A stretch of 64,000 nucleotides of DNA from a virus (IMGVR_UViG_3300025936_000023:5622-69621), one strand, 5' to 3'. Counted from the stretch's first letter, positions 1-9,365 are shown. The notes: generated by a model from the letters alone, not told the origin. Translations and numbers: made by a program.

Positions 1-52
1 CACTGATGCCGGTATAGCGCGGGTACTTGGGTGGTTGTTTCTTGGCGCTCAC
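1..52 (-). CDS. 5' end of a hypothetical gene running off the left edge
   Basis: GTG at 52 after AAGGAAG, just downstream of the 57..314 stop; reads MSAKKQPPKYPRY. Confidence 0.4.
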   Translation of the reverse strand, partial: MSAKKQPPKYPRYTGIS

Positions 53-56
53 GGTT

Positions 57-314
57 TCACTTCCTTTTGACTGCTGTCGTTGCTTCGTTGAACGCTTTGT
101 CGCTGACATACCGCAGCTCCGAGAATCCGCACACCGAATAGCCGATCAGCTGTGCGAACTGGACGCGGTCCTCGTTGCTGAACGGCAGTCCGACGAGCAT
201 GTTCATGTCGATGCCGCCGTTGTCGAGCAGATAGCGAACGATCTTGTTCTCCTTGAACCGTTCGACCTTGTGAGCGTCGCGGACGATAGGCTGGTGCGGG
301 TGCTTGGCGCGCAC
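57..314 (-). CDS. Hypothetical phage protein (85 aa)
   Basis: Protein-like composition; RFKENKIVRYLLDNGGIDMN...FAQLIGYS resembles a small phage family I recall, not verified. Confidence 0.7.
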   Translation of the reverse strand: MRAKHPHQPIVRDAHKVERFKENKIVRYLLDNGGIDMNMLVGLPFSNEDRVQFAQLIGYSVCGFSELRYVSDKAFNEATTAVKRK

Positions 315-316
315 CC

Positions 317-574
317 TTACTCACCCCTCGGCACGTAGTCGGCCAGCGACCGGATCACAGGCTCGCCGCTTGGCCCTTGCTCGTACACCATCACCGGCGT
401 TGAGCCTGCGCCGCCATCGCTGTCGGCAGTGAGCGCCTTCGCGATGCCCGCCACCGTGTCTTCGGCCGACGACAAGCGCGTGTAGCCCTCGGACGAGAGC
501 AGGATGAGCCCGTTGGTGGCGCGCAGTCGAATGTAGAACTGACTGTCCTTGCCGACGAAAATCTCGAAGTGCAA
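317..574 (-). CDS. YegP/DUF1508-like protein
   Basis: FEIFVGKDSQFYIRLRATNGLILLSSEGYTRLSSAED matches the DUF1508 pattern; TTG start at 574 preceded by GGAGG. Confidence 0.75.
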   Translation of the reverse strand: MHFEIFVGKDSQFYIRLRATNGLILLSSEGYTRLSSAEDTVAGIAKALTADSDGGAGSTPVMVYEQGPSGEPVIRSLADYVPRGE

Positions 575-629
575 AGTGGCCTCCGTTTCTGTGGCTGGCG
601 GTTGGATGGTTGACCTCGACTCACAGCCC

Positions 630-658
630 ATGCTACTCTTGCCGACGTCGCGTGTCAA
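630..658 (-). promoter_or_regulatory. Sigma70-type promoter for the leftward arm
   Basis: TTGACA (658-653), 17 nt spacer, TAGCAT (635-630), at the point where the two arms diverge. Confidence 0.7.
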
Positions 659-702
659 GCGACCAGTAGCCACCAGTACGACATACACAGGAGCAACCGC
701 CC

Positions 703-1377
703 ATGCCGCCCACACCTACCCCGTTCTCGCCACCCGCTACCCGCGAAGAGCTGCTGCGCCGAGGTCGCAGCGTCATCAGGCTGAGCGACAAGGTGCTGGA
801 GGAGTTGGCGGCGGCGTGGGGTGTGGGTGCGGCCGACGAGAGCGACAGCTGTATCGGCGACGACGAATTGCCGACAAAGCTCTTCACGTCGCCGACGACG
901 ACTCCCAGAGTGTTCAAAGTCCACGATAAAGACGGCAACAGGTGGCTCACCGTTGACACACACGGCAATCTTGACCTGCTCCACGGCATGATGCGCGCTT
1001 GGAGCGAGCGTCGTCGCCACCTCGACGAGCCTCTACCCGCCGTCGGCCCGCTCGTCATCGAGCCCTTCAACCACAACTACCGCATCGTCGACGCTGCCAC
1101 TCGCAAGACCGTCGCGCTGGTCAGCTACGGCGGCGAGGACATAATGGGTGAGGCAGTGGCGGCGTTCAATCGTGCCAAGGAGCACATCCGCACTCGGTTC
1201 TCGTCTTGCGGCGACTACTGGCGAGTGCAGTTCTATCTGCACGGGCAGCGGGACGGCCGAAATCCGCTGTCAACGGTGGTGCGCGCGATCAACGGCGTAG
1301 AAGCCGTCAAGGAAGTGCGCCGGCTGTACGGCCGAATCGAGTTCGATGAAGTCGAGAAGGCCGAGAGATCGTGGTGA
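703..1377 (+). CDS. Hypothetical protein (224 aa)
   Basis: ATG after CAGGAG; first gene of the + arm. Confidence 0.7.
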   Translation: MPPTPTPFSPPATREELLRRGRSVIRLSDKVLEELAAAWGVGAADESDSCIGDDELPTKLFTSPTTTPRVFKVHDKDGNRWLTVDTHGNLDLLHGMMRAWSERRRHLDEPLPAVGPLVIEPFNHNYRIVDAATRKTVALVSYGGEDIMGEAVAAFNRAKEHIRTRFSSCGDYWRVQFYLHGQRDGRNPLSTVVRAINGVEAVKEVRRLYGRIEFDEVEKAERSW

Positions 1378-1652
1378 GCTGGCTCATTCGCCGTCTTCGC
1401 CTCATCCGTGTCGTGCTCTCGGCCGTCCGCATCGTTGACCGCCTCGACAGCATCGACGCCGTGGACGCCGCCTTCGCCGACCCTGCTAATGCGGCCGAGT
1501 GCGTCAACTGCGCCGAAGCTCTCGCCGCTTGGCCGGCCGTTCGCACTGCAGTTCTGCGCAACATTGCCGACGCCGAAGACCGCGCTCGCGCTCGCGCCGC
1601 TCGCTGGGGGCTCGTCCGCGAGTTCGAGGCAGCACTGGAGCACGCCGAATGA
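1371..1652 (+). CDS. Hypothetical protein
   Basis: Overlap-coupled to neighbours; helical composition. Confidence 0.55.
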   Translation: MVSWLIRRLRLIRVVLSAVRIVDRLDSIDAVDAAFADPANAAECVNCAEALAAWPAVRTAVLRNIADAEDRARARAARWGLVREFEAALEHAE

Positions 1653-1906
1653 CCTTCCGCCGTACCGGCAACAAGCGTGTACAAGAAGTCGACGAGAGTT
1701 TGCAGTTCTGCGACCACTGCGATAAGCAGATCAGCGTTAACGACTACCGCTCTATCGACCACTGGGAAGTTCGACTCGACAAAGAGACGTCCTACCCCGA
1801 CGACGATAACCAAGGCTACGACCTGTGCTCGCTGGAGTGCCTGAGCGCCTGGGCAAAAGTAACGCCGCTGCGGCGAACCAAAGCAGGGGTCAGCGATGCC
1901 TGGTAA
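1649..1906 (+). CDS. Small zinc-finger-like protein
   Basis: ATGA coupling; CDHC...CSLEC. Confidence 0.6.
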   Translation: MTFRRTGNKRVQEVDESLQFCDHCDKQISVNDYRSIDHWEVRLDKETSYPDDDNQGYDLCSLECLSAWAKVTPLRRTKAGVSDAW

Positions 1907-2099
1907 GCCGATTCTCGAAGAACTCACCCTCGACTGGTCGCCGCCCTCCACGAGCTGCCTGCTCCTCGACCGCCCCAACCTCTGCGGTCGCCACATCGGC
2001 CGCCTGCCGTCTCTCGACCAACTCGACGCCGACGCCGACCACACCGGCGGCTCGTCGTACTATCTGTCGCGGCGGCGCCGGCCGCCCGTGCGTCCGTGA
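1896..2099 (+). CDS. Hypothetical protein
   Basis: ATG overlapping the upstream gene end. Confidence 0.45.
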   Translation: MPGKPILEELTLDWSPPSTSCLLLDRPNLCGRHIGRLPSLDQLDADADHTGGSSYYLSRRRRPPVRP

Positions 2100-2109
2100 A
2101 AGGGCACCC

Positions 2110-2211
2110 ATGATCCCTTGGTACTGGCTTATCGTCGCCTTCGTCGCCGGCGTTGTGGCCGGCCTCTTGCTCGTCAGTGCCATTCAGCAGTGGGTATACC
2201 GATGGTGGTAG
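2110..2211 (+). CDS. Small single-TM membrane peptide (33 aa)
   Basis: MIPWYWLIVAFVAGVVAGLLLVSAIQQWVYRWW. Confidence 0.55.
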   Translation: MIPWYWLIVAFVAGVVAGLLLVSAIQQWVYRWW

Positions 2212-2570
2212 ACGCGGCTGCCTACCTTCTCCTCGACGAACTCGGCGAGCGCCTCTGCGCTGCTTGGCCATTCGTCCCCGTCGAGATCGCCTACGACTCT
2301 TCCCTCTCCGACATGGCCGACTACGCTAGTCGGTTCGCGGGGTGTACGGCCGACGCCGCTGCCGCCCGCCTGGAGTTCCTGCTCCATGCCGGCATCCTGG
2401 GCGTCCGCGACGGCCGGCCGTTCGTGGATGAGCAAGTGGCCGAGATGCTGCGGCGGAAGGGGCGGGCGAGAATCGGCGAGACGGCCGACGATAAACCGCC
2501 GCCGCTGCTGCCGACTCGAACGCTGCGCGACGACGATGACGCCGACGACGAGGAGTTCTATGAAGAGTGA
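2202..2570 (+). CDS. Hypothetical protein with acidic tail
   Basis: Coupled start; ends DDDDADDEEFYEE. Confidence 0.6.
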   Translation: MVVDAAAYLLLDELGERLCAAWPFVPVEIAYDSSLSDMADYASRFAGCTADAAAARLEFLLHAGILGVRDGRPFVDEQVAEMLRRKGRARIGETADDKPPPLLPTRTLRDDDDADDEEFYEE

Positions 2571-2805
2571 AGTGGTCGCCCATGAGCCTCGCATGACCGG
2601 CACCAAGCACTGCCCAAAGTGCAACACCGACAAGCCTGTCATCGCGTTTGCCGTCAACAAGCAAAGCCAAGACGGTCTATACCCGGAATGTCGAAGCTGC
2701 AAAGCTGCGTCAAAATCTTCTTATCGAGCCAGAAAAGAGCAACAAGCAGATAAGAAATTTCGACACGCAGCTTACGTTCTTCATGCCGGTGTCAACACGC
2801 CATGA
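2560..2805 (+). CDS. Zinc-finger protein resembling the endonuclease VII N-terminal finger
   Basis: AGGAG RBS; KHCPKC...DGLYPECRSC; no nuclease domain follows. Confidence 0.65.
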   Translation: MKSEVVAHEPRMTGTKHCPKCNTDKPVIAFAVNKQSQDGLYPECRSCKAASKSSYRARKEQQADKKFRHAAYVLHAGVNTP

Positions 2806-3695
2806 GCGAGCCGTCGCCGCCGCCGCCCGCTTTTCCCCTCTCTGCTCGCGGCCATATCGCTAAGCGCCCCAAGCTGCGCCGTCGTCGCAGGCGCGCCAAG
2901 ACCAAGCGAGCGCCGACTTACAAGAAGTCGCAGACCGCCTTCGCCAAGCTCCGCCGTCGCAACCAACGCGAGCAGCCCATACTGCCGGCAAAAGACGCCG
3001 GCTGCCAGCACCCCAAAGCCCGCGCTCGCGGCTGTTGCCAGTCACGAGCGATCACGGTCGTCGTCGACGGCGTCAAGGTGCCAGCCGCCTTCGCCATCCC
3101 GGCCGGCTACACCCCCGACATCCGCCACGCCGACCAACCGCAGCTGCCCAACCCCGCCCGCCTCTGCACCCAGCACAAGTTCTTGGTCGACGCCTACGCC
3201 GAGAGCCAGCTAACAGGCGACGTCACCGACCTCCCCGTCGACGCCGGTGGCCGCGGTCGCCCGCACGACTTCGCCCATCGCAGCCAGTGCCCGGTGTGCG
3301 CCAAGCTCGTCACCGACCCGCGCCTCGAATGGGTGATGACGGCGTGGATGAAGTGGCGGGTGTCGATAAGGCAAGCCGCCGCCGAGCTTGGCGTCACCGT
3401 CAACTCGTTCAACCACCACGCCCAATACTACGACCTCGACAAGAAGAAGAACGAGCGCGAGCACACGATGTTGGCGCTACAAAGGGCAGCCGAAGAAGGA
3501 CTGGCGGCCGGCGGCCACAGCGTGAAGACCGGGATCGCGGCTATGAGGGAGCTGAGCCGGCAGCGGGGCGATGTGGTCAACGTGGATGCGCGAGTGGCGG
3601 TGGCTGATTTGTCGTCGCTGTCGACGGCTGAGCTAGCTAAGCGTAATGCGGACTTGGCGAAGCGGCTGGCAGAACTGGAGGCGGGCAGTAAGTGA
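2802..3695 (+). CDS. Terminase small subunit (putative)
   Basis: Directly upstream of TerL with GTGA overlap; HTH-like VSIRQAAAELGVTVNSFNHH; C-terminal DLSSLSTAEL. Confidence 0.7.
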   Translation: MSEPSPPPPAFPLSARGHIAKRPKLRRRRRRAKTKRAPTYKKSQTAFAKLRRRNQREQPILPAKDAGCQHPKARARGCCQSRAITVVVDGVKVPAAFAIPAGYTPDIRHADQPQLPNPARLCTQHKFLVDAYAESQLTGDVTDLPVDAGGRGRPHDFAHRSQCPVCAKLVTDPRLEWVMTAWMKWRVSIRQAAAELGVTVNSFNHHAQYYDLDKKKNEREHTMLALQRAAEEGLAAGGHSVKTGIAAMRELSRQRGDVVNVDARVAVADLSSLSTAELAKRNADLAKRLAELEAGSK

Positions 3696-5230
3696 CACAG
3701 CCACTCGTAGTCGACGCTGGCGACGCCGCCGCTCTCCGCGCCGAACTCGCCCGCAACACGGCCGAACTCCAGCGCCGTGTGTGGGCTCGCGACCCGGTTG
3801 CCTGGGCGCGCGAACGTCTCGGGCGAGAGCTGTGGTCGGCTCAGCGGCGCGTTATGGAGGCCGTCCGCGATAACCGCCACGTTGCCGTGCGCTCCTCGTT
3901 CCAGACTGGGAAGAGCTTCGTGGCCGCCACTATCGCGGCTCATTGGATCGACACGCACCCGCCAGGCGAAGCGTTTGTCGTCTCGACCGCAACGACAGAG
4001 TCCCAAGTTAAAGCAATTCTTTGGCACGAGATCGGTCTCGCCCACGCCGCCGGCAACCTCCCCGGTCGTTTGAACCAAACCGAGTGGTGGCTCGACGTTA
4101 ACGGCCGTCCTCAGATGGTCGGCATGGGCCGCAAGCCCGCTGACGCCAACCCCACCGCCCTCCACGGCATCCATCGCAAGTACGTCTTGGTTATTATCGA
4201 CGAGGCGGCGGGTGTCGCCCCCTCAATATGGGACGCCGCCGAGGGCCTTGCCGCCGGCTACTACTGTCGCATCCTCGCCATCGGCAACCCTGACGACCCT
4301 CTTTCCCAGTTCGCCGAAGTCAGCAAGCCCGGCTCCGGCTGGCTGTCGTTCAAGATCAGCGCCTTCGACACACCCGCCTTCACGGGCGAGAAGGTCAGCC
4401 AGGCCGTCCTCGACGTCCTCGTGTCGAAGGTCTACGCCGAAGAGCGCCTCAAGCGCTGGGGTGCCGACAACCCCAAATACATCACCAAAGTGCTCGGCGA
4501 GTTCCCCGAAGTCAGCGAGAACTCGCTCATACTGCCCGGCTGGGTCAAGGCCGCCCAAGAGCGCACCCTTCAGCCGATGCGGCCTTCAGAACTCGGCGTC
4601 GACGTGGGTGCCGGCGGCGACAAGACCGTCATCGCCCATCGCCGAGGCGGCGTCGTCCGGATCGTCAACCGCCAACGCCAACCCGACACCATGAAAGCCT
4701 GCGGCAACGTCATCAGCGCGATGCGTGCGTGCGGCGCCGAGGTCGCCAAGGTCGACGAGATCGGCGTGGGCAAGGGCTTGGTCGACAGGGCGCGCGAGCA
4801 GCACTATAACGTCGTGGGCGTCAATGTGGGCAAGGCGGCCGACCGCGTGCTCAAGCGCAAGGGCAAGCGCGAAGTCGACGAGCACGACGACGCCGAGCAG
4901 TTTCTCAACCGTCGTGCTCAAGGCTATTGGCGGTTGCGCGAGCTGTTCCTGATGGAAGAGATCGACATCGACCCGGCCGACGAGGAGTTGGCGGCGCAGT
5001 TGGTCGACATACGATATGAGCGACTGTCTAACGGTGTCATAAAAATTGAGAGCAAAGAAGAGCTTAAGAGACGGAAGCGGGCGAGAGGTGGCGAGGGCGA
5101 ATCGCCCGACGAAGCCGACGCCGTGATGCTGGCGTACATCGATGTGGCGAGCTTGAAGAAGAAGCGGCTGACCTGGGGCAGTGGCAGCGTCGGCAGCGCC
5201 GCACGCGGCAGCAAGCGCGCGAGGAACTAA
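3692..5230 (+). CDS. terL: Terminase large subunit
   Basis: Walker A VAVRSSFQTGKS, Walker B VLVIIDEAAGV, ILAIGNP, nuclease LGVDVGAGGDKTV and ESPDEADAV. Confidence 0.95.
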   Translation: MTQPLVVDAGDAAALRAELARNTAELQRRVWARDPVAWARERLGRELWSAQRRVMEAVRDNRHVAVRSSFQTGKSFVAATIAAHWIDTHPPGEAFVVSTATTESQVKAILWHEIGLAHAAGNLPGRLNQTEWWLDVNGRPQMVGMGRKPADANPTALHGIHRKYVLVIIDEAAGVAPSIWDAAEGLAAGYYCRILAIGNPDDPLSQFAEVSKPGSGWLSFKISAFDTPAFTGEKVSQAVLDVLVSKVYAEERLKRWGADNPKYITKVLGEFPEVSENSLILPGWVKAAQERTLQPMRPSELGVDVGAGGDKTVIAHRRGGVVRIVNRQRQPDTMKACGNVISAMRACGAEVAKVDEIGVGKGLVDRAREQHYNVVGVNVGKAADRVLKRKGKREVDEHDDAEQFLNRRAQGYWRLRELFLMEEIDIDPADEELAAQLVDIRYERLSNGVIKIESKEELKRRKRARGGEGESPDEADAVMLAYIDVASLKKKRLTWGSGSVGSAARGSKRARN

Positions 5231-5232
5231 CC

Positions 5233-5511
5233 ATGGGCTACAAGTCCTTCTCCCAGCAGGCAACCGACCTCCGTGCCCGCGCCGCAGTCGCCAAGGCCGC
5301 CCGCCGTGCTCGCCGCCTAGCCGCCTCCATCAAGCGTGCCAACGCCAACTGGCGCCGCCGCAACCACCAACGGCTGCTCAACCTAGAACGCGACACACGC
5401 GCCGCCGCCAAGCTCGACCCGCCGAATCTGTGCGACCGCTGTGGGCAGCCGATAGGGAAGCGGGCGAAGGGCGAGAAGAACGTGTGCTACAGGGTGGCGT
5501 GTTGGCGCTAG
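5233..5511 (+). CDS. Basic hypothetical protein with CxxC
   Basis: GAGGA RBS; Arg/Ala-rich; CDRC...C..C. Confidence 0.6.
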   Translation: MGYKSFSQQATDLRARAAVAKAARRARRLAASIKRANANWRRRNHQRLLNLERDTRAAAKLDPPNLCDRCGQPIGKRAKGEKNVCYRVACWR

Positions 5512-5530
5512 GTACTAGTCGTGTTATCAT
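5502..5530 (+). promoter_or_regulatory. Extended -10 sigma70-type promoter
   Basis: TTGGCG (5502-5507), 17 nt spacer, TG-n-TATCAT (5522-5530). Confidence 0.6.
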
Positions 5531-5536
5531 CCTCGC

Positions 5537-5810
5537 GCAGGCTAACGAATCAGGCGCCGTCCTGCCTAGGGCCCGCCCTGACACCGAAACCTGGCGGTGT
5601 ATTGGTCCCCACGCGGATCAGCAGTCCAACGGGGCAAAGGGCGTCGAGGGCGAAAGTCTCGGGTTGCTCCCGACCGGCCTTGACGCGAACCGCCTTCGGC
5701 TTATTGAGATCACGACTCGCACGGCCGAGAGCTTGGGACGAGGCTATCCCATCCGACCTCACGCACCATCGGTGCGGCCGGCGCCGGGGCCTAACGGCGA
5801 GTCGTGTTCT
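5537..5810 (+). ncRNA. Candidate structured non-coding RNA or long structured leader, class unknown
   Basis: At least seven complementary helices in a gene-free gap; the first helix begins at the predicted transcription start. Confidence 0.5.
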
Positions 5811-5825
5811 GAGTGAGCCGTTGCT

Positions 5826-6191
5826 ATGACGAATCTGAGCACCGCGCCACAGCTGTCAGACTTCGGCCAAGGGCTTCTTCTTGGTGTCGGGGTTGGCTGC
5901 CTGGTCGCTGCCGCGGTTCTCTGGTGGATCGTGTTCGCGATCAGACGACGGCGTCGACTACATAGAAGCATATCGCCGACGAGCGACTGGGACGCCGACT
6001 GCATCGAGTGGCACGGGCGCGTTCTGACCGGCCCGCGTGCTCACTGGTGCGGCAGCTTCGATGATCTTCCGATAGACGACACATGTGGTGAGGCTATCGT
6101 GTGCTTGTGCTTCGACGGCACACCGGAGGCGAGAACGCCTGACGAGCTGGCGGCCATTCTCGCGGCGCATTCGGCGCTCGCGACGACATAA
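5826..6191 (+). CDS. Membrane-anchored Cys-containing hypothetical protein
   Basis: N-terminal TM GLLLGVGVGCLVAAAVLWWIVFAI. Confidence 0.6.
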   Translation: MTNLSTAPQLSDFGQGLLLGVGVGCLVAAAVLWWIVFAIRRRRRLHRSISPTSDWDADCIEWHGRVLTGPRAHWCGSFDDLPIDDTCGEAIVCLCFDGTPEARTPDELAAILAAHSALATT

Positions 6192-6201
6192 GGAGAGTAC
6201 G

Positions 6202-6471
6202 GTGCCTGTCTACCTGCTGATCCCTCGCAACGAAGGTTTCCTCGGCGCTCTACGCGCTGTGCGCGCCGACGGCATCGAGTCTGCCGCTGCCACGATGCGA
6301 CAACAGTGGCCGAGCGGCGACCACTACGAATACGACTTCGTGCCGTTGCCGGTTGGCAGCAAATACCTTCCAGGCGCTGTCTATATCGTCGATGAACGCT
6401 GCAACCTGCAAGGACCGAAGACAGACCAGGAAGTCGCCGAGTTCATCGGCGCCGAGCTTACGTCGTTCTGA
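6202..6471 (+). CDS. Hypothetical protein
   Basis: GTG after AAGGAG. Confidence 0.6.
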   Translation: MPVYLLIPRNEGFLGALRAVRADGIESAAATMRQQWPSGDHYEYDFVPLPVGSKYLPGAVYIVDERCNLQGPKTDQEVAEFIGAELTSF

Positions 6472-6482
6472 CTCGTGCCTGT

Positions 6483-6872
6483 ATGGCGACGTCTAACATC
6501 GACGACATCGTCCGCACCGTTCCCGAGCTGTCGACGCGTCTCGCTCTCGTCGCTCTCATTCAGCGCTGGAACAGCTTCCGTGGCTTCATTCTCAGCACCC
6601 ACGACGTCATGTGGCAGATCGCCTTCATCCCCGACCCGCCCGTCGCCGTCCAGATCCTCGATCTCTACTGGCGCCACACGCAACTGCGCTACGGCACCGT
6701 CTGGCGACCGAGACTGCTCGACTGCACCGAGACGATCCACGAGGGGCACGTCTTGTGCGCCGAGTGCCACGGTGCCCTGCGCAACATCTACCGCAACGTC
6801 GGGGCGTCGCTCGGCCGCACTCAGTGGTTCAACTGGAGCCGGCACGACGTTATAAGGAAGATCGCGGCATGA
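6483..6872 (+). CDS. Hypothetical protein (129 aa)
   Basis: Strong C/G third-position bias; CAEC motif. Confidence 0.65.
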   Translation: MATSNIDDIVRTVPELSTRLALVALIQRWNSFRGFILSTHDVMWQIAFIPDPPVAVQILDLYWRHTQLRYGTVWRPRLLDCTETIHEGHVLCAECHGALRNIYRNVGASLGRTQWFNWSRHDVIRKIAA

Positions 6873-7237
6873 GCGACGAACGAGGTTTCGTTATCGGCCT
6901 GCTGGAGCGAGCGATCACCGAAGCTGCGGCCGGCAACTTTATCCGCGCGCAGGGTCTTGTAGGGACCGCTAAGGGCTTCCTGAAGCAGCTCGCCACCGAC
7001 GCCAACCAGGGCATCAGTCCGTTCTCGGCAGCGGCAACGCCTAAGCGCTCGCCGTCGCCGATAAAGCCAGGGCGCGCTCGCGACAGCGCCGCTCGTAGCG
7101 GTCGCGGCTCGACCATGCGCGTGCCGCTCGCTGAGCTGTTGAGTGCTCGCGACCTGCTCCACCCCGACGACGCTTACGGCTCGACGCCTGCTGGTCGTTG
7201 GCCGCCGCAGTCGCTAGAAGAAGGAGACGGCCAATGA
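6869..7237 (+). CDS. Hypothetical protein
   Basis: ATGA coupling. Confidence 0.55.
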   Translation: MSDERGFVIGLLERAITEAAAGNFIRAQGLVGTAKGFLKQLATDANQGISPFSAAATPKRSPSPIKPGRARDSAARSGRGSTMRVPLAELLSARDLLHPDDAYGSTPAGRWPPQSLEEGDGQ

Positions 7238-7425
7238 TCTGCGATATGTGCGACCTGCCCTACGACGAGCCTTCTATGGGTGGCGACGGCGTCTGCTCCT
7301 GGTGCGATTGCGGTGTTCACCGCGACGGCAGCAAGTGGTCATTTCGAGAGTTCATGGCGGCGGGCGACCGCCGGCTACGCAAACTCGCCGAGCGCGAAAC
7401 AGGCACTGTGAGCCGACCGACCTAA
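7234..7425 (+). CDS. Small zinc-finger-like protein
   Basis: AAGGAG RBS; CDMC...CSWCDC. Confidence 0.6.
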   Translation: MICDMCDLPYDEPSMGGDGVCSWCDCGVHRDGSKWSFREFMAAGDRRLRKLAERETGTVSRPT

Positions 7426-7570
7426 CTCTCGGTTATCGCTTGGTTTCCGCTCTACATCAGATAGCGGTCACAGGTGACTGCCGCCACTACCGCTTGTGGG
7501 CGGTGCTTGACAGAACAGGGGAAGTTGCGCTCTAGTTACGCCGGTTAAGCCGTTTCAACGGCTCCCGGCA

Positions 7571-9211
7571 ATGACGATCAAGGGCCTCACCACTCCTTCG
7601 CCTGCGACGAACGGCAACGGCCACAAGCCGGCGGCGACTGCTACTGTCGCTACCGCTCCCGCCATTAAAGCCTCAGCCCTCTCAGCTCTCGTCGACGCCG
7701 TCACCGCCCGCACCAACTTCGCCTCCGACGTCGGCATCACCTTCGACGGCTTCCGCAACGTCGACGCCCAGCTCGGCTACCGCGACCGCCTCGTCCTCGC
7801 CGACTACCGGCGCCGTGCCCGCCGCGGCATCGCCAAGCGCATCGTGAATGCCTACCCCAAGGCGACGTGGTCGATAGATGCTCGGTTGACGGAAGACGCC
7901 GACGCCACCACGCAAACCCCCTTCGAGGCAGCAGTCGCCAGCCTGTTCGACCGCCTCTCCATCTGGTCGGTCCTCACCCGTGCCGACCGGCTCGCCGGCC
8001 TCGGCCACTACTCCATTATCGTCATCGGCGCTCCGGGCAAACTCTCTACCCCACTCCCGAAGCGCCTCAAGGACGTCCTCTACCTCTCCATCTACGCCGA
8101 GGACAACGCGCCCATCCAGTCGTGGGACAACGATGAGGCGAGCCCGCGCTACGGCCTGCCCCTGTCCTATAACGTCAACCTCGGCGCCGTCGACCTCACT
8201 AGCACCGTCGCGGTCGGCAACCGCCCTGCTGCCCGCCAAGCCGAAGTCCACTGGTCGCGCGTCATCCATGTCGTCGACGACCCGCTCGAAAACGACGTCT
8301 ATGGCGAGCCGATCCTGGAAGCTGTCTGGAACTACCTCGACGACTTGGTCAAAGTCGTCGGCGGCGGCGCCGAGGCTGCCTGGAAGCGCATGGATCCCGG
8401 CGTCCAGATGGACGTCGACCCGGAGCTAGAAATCGACGAGGGCGAGCTGGAGGCGCTGGAGGAGCAGGCCGACGAGTACGTTCACGGGCTGCGGCGCTTC
8501 CTGCAAACCCGCGGCACCAAGATGAACCTGCTGTCGACGACGGTGGCGGGCTTCGGGCCGAACGCGGACGCGATTGAGCAACTGATCGCTGCTACTGTCG
8601 GCATCCCGCAGCGTATCTTGTTCGGCTCCGAGCGCGGGCAGCTAGCCAGCAGCCAAGACGACGAGAACTGGAAGGAGCGCGTCGATGAGCGCCGTCGCAC
8701 CTTCGCCACGCCGCTCATCCGTCAGTTCGTCGACCGCCTCATCGAGCGCGGCACGCTGCCTACGCCGAAGGGCAAGGCCGACGACGACGTCGGCGTCAGC
8801 GACGCCGGTACGCCCGTCATGCCGACTGGCAAATACTCCTATATCGTCACGTGGCCGAAGTTCGCCACCCTCGGCACCCCGAAGACAGCCGAGCTGCTGT
8901 CGAAGATCGCGGGCGCCAACCAGGCGCAGTCGCAGTCGAATGGCGGCCTGCTGTTCACGGCCGACGAGATCCGCTACTGGTTGCTCGGGTTGGGGCCGCG
9001 GCCGGCCGAGGCCAACGTGCCTTATGGCAAGCAGCCGACGGCGAGTGATCCAGCACCAGCACCGACGCCGGCCAATCTCGCTCGTGGGCTAGTTGCTATG
9101 ACGTTGGTCGGTCTCGACAAGAACGACGAGCGGTATCCAGATCAGCTCTCGACTTTGCTCAGTCTTGTGAAGGCTCTCGGCGAGCCGACGGAGGCAGTCA
9201 ATGCCGGCTAA
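7571..9211 (+). CDS. Portal protein (DUF1073-like)
   Basis: RRGIAKRIVNAYPKATW, HWSRVIH, GEPILEAVWNYL, GIPQRILFGSERGQLAS; position after terminase. Confidence 0.85.
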   Translation: MTIKGLTTPSPATNGNGHKPAATATVATAPAIKASALSALVDAVTARTNFASDVGITFDGFRNVDAQLGYRDRLVLADYRRRARRGIAKRIVNAYPKATWSIDARLTEDADATTQTPFEAAVASLFDRLSIWSVLTRADRLAGLGHYSIIVIGAPGKLSTPLPKRLKDVLYLSIYAEDNAPIQSWDNDEASPRYGLPLSYNVNLGAVDLTSTVAVGNRPAARQAEVHWSRVIHVVDDPLENDVYGEPILEAVWNYLDDLVKVVGGGAEAAWKRMDPGVQMDVDPELEIDEGELEALEEQADEYVHGLRRFLQTRGTKMNLLSTTVAGFGPNADAIEQLIAATVGIPQRILFGSERGQLASSQDDENWKERVDERRRTFATPLIRQFVDRLIERGTLPTPKGKADDDVGVSDAGTPVMPTGKYSYIVTWPKFATLGTPKTAELLSKIAGANQAQSQSNGGLLFTADEIRYWLLGLGPRPAEANVPYGKQPTASDPAPAPTPANLARGLVAMTLVGLDKNDERYPDQLSTLLSLVKALGEPTEAVNAG

Positions 9212-9365
9212 CAGCGTCGACACGGTTACGGTCGACGTCCACGTCACTCGTGCCTTCCACTTGCTCATGTGGCTCGCCCGCGCCGCCGTAGCCGCTGCCG
9301 CCTACTTCGCCGCCTTCACGATCTGGTGCGCGCCGAAGCTCGTGCGTTTAAAGGTGAAGCGCTAG
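9201..9365 (+). CDS. Small hydrophobic protein (54 aa), not in the ORF track
   Basis: ATG after GGAGG; MPANSVDTVTVDVHVTRAFHLLMWLARAAVAAAAYF; stop overlaps the next GTG. Confidence 0.55.
   Translation: MPANSVDTVTVDVHVTRAFHLLMWLARAAVAAAAYFAAFTIWCAPKLVRLKVKR

Noticed and set aside
5525-5700. HDV-like ribozyme, group I intron or RNase P identity for the structured RNA
   Set aside because: Only isolated words match (TCCTCGCG, ATCAGCAG, GAAAGTC, GGCTTAT); order and flanking helices do not fit these families
7507-7540. Sigma70 promoter upstream of the portal
   Set aside because: TTGACA is present but no TAnnnT at 16-19 nt spacing; may be an activator-dependent late promoter, not supportable here
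7571-9211. Anti-CBASS Acb1 function for the DUF1073-like portal
   Set aside because: No paired HxT/HxS 2H-phosphoesterase motifs recognised; position and length fit a plain portal
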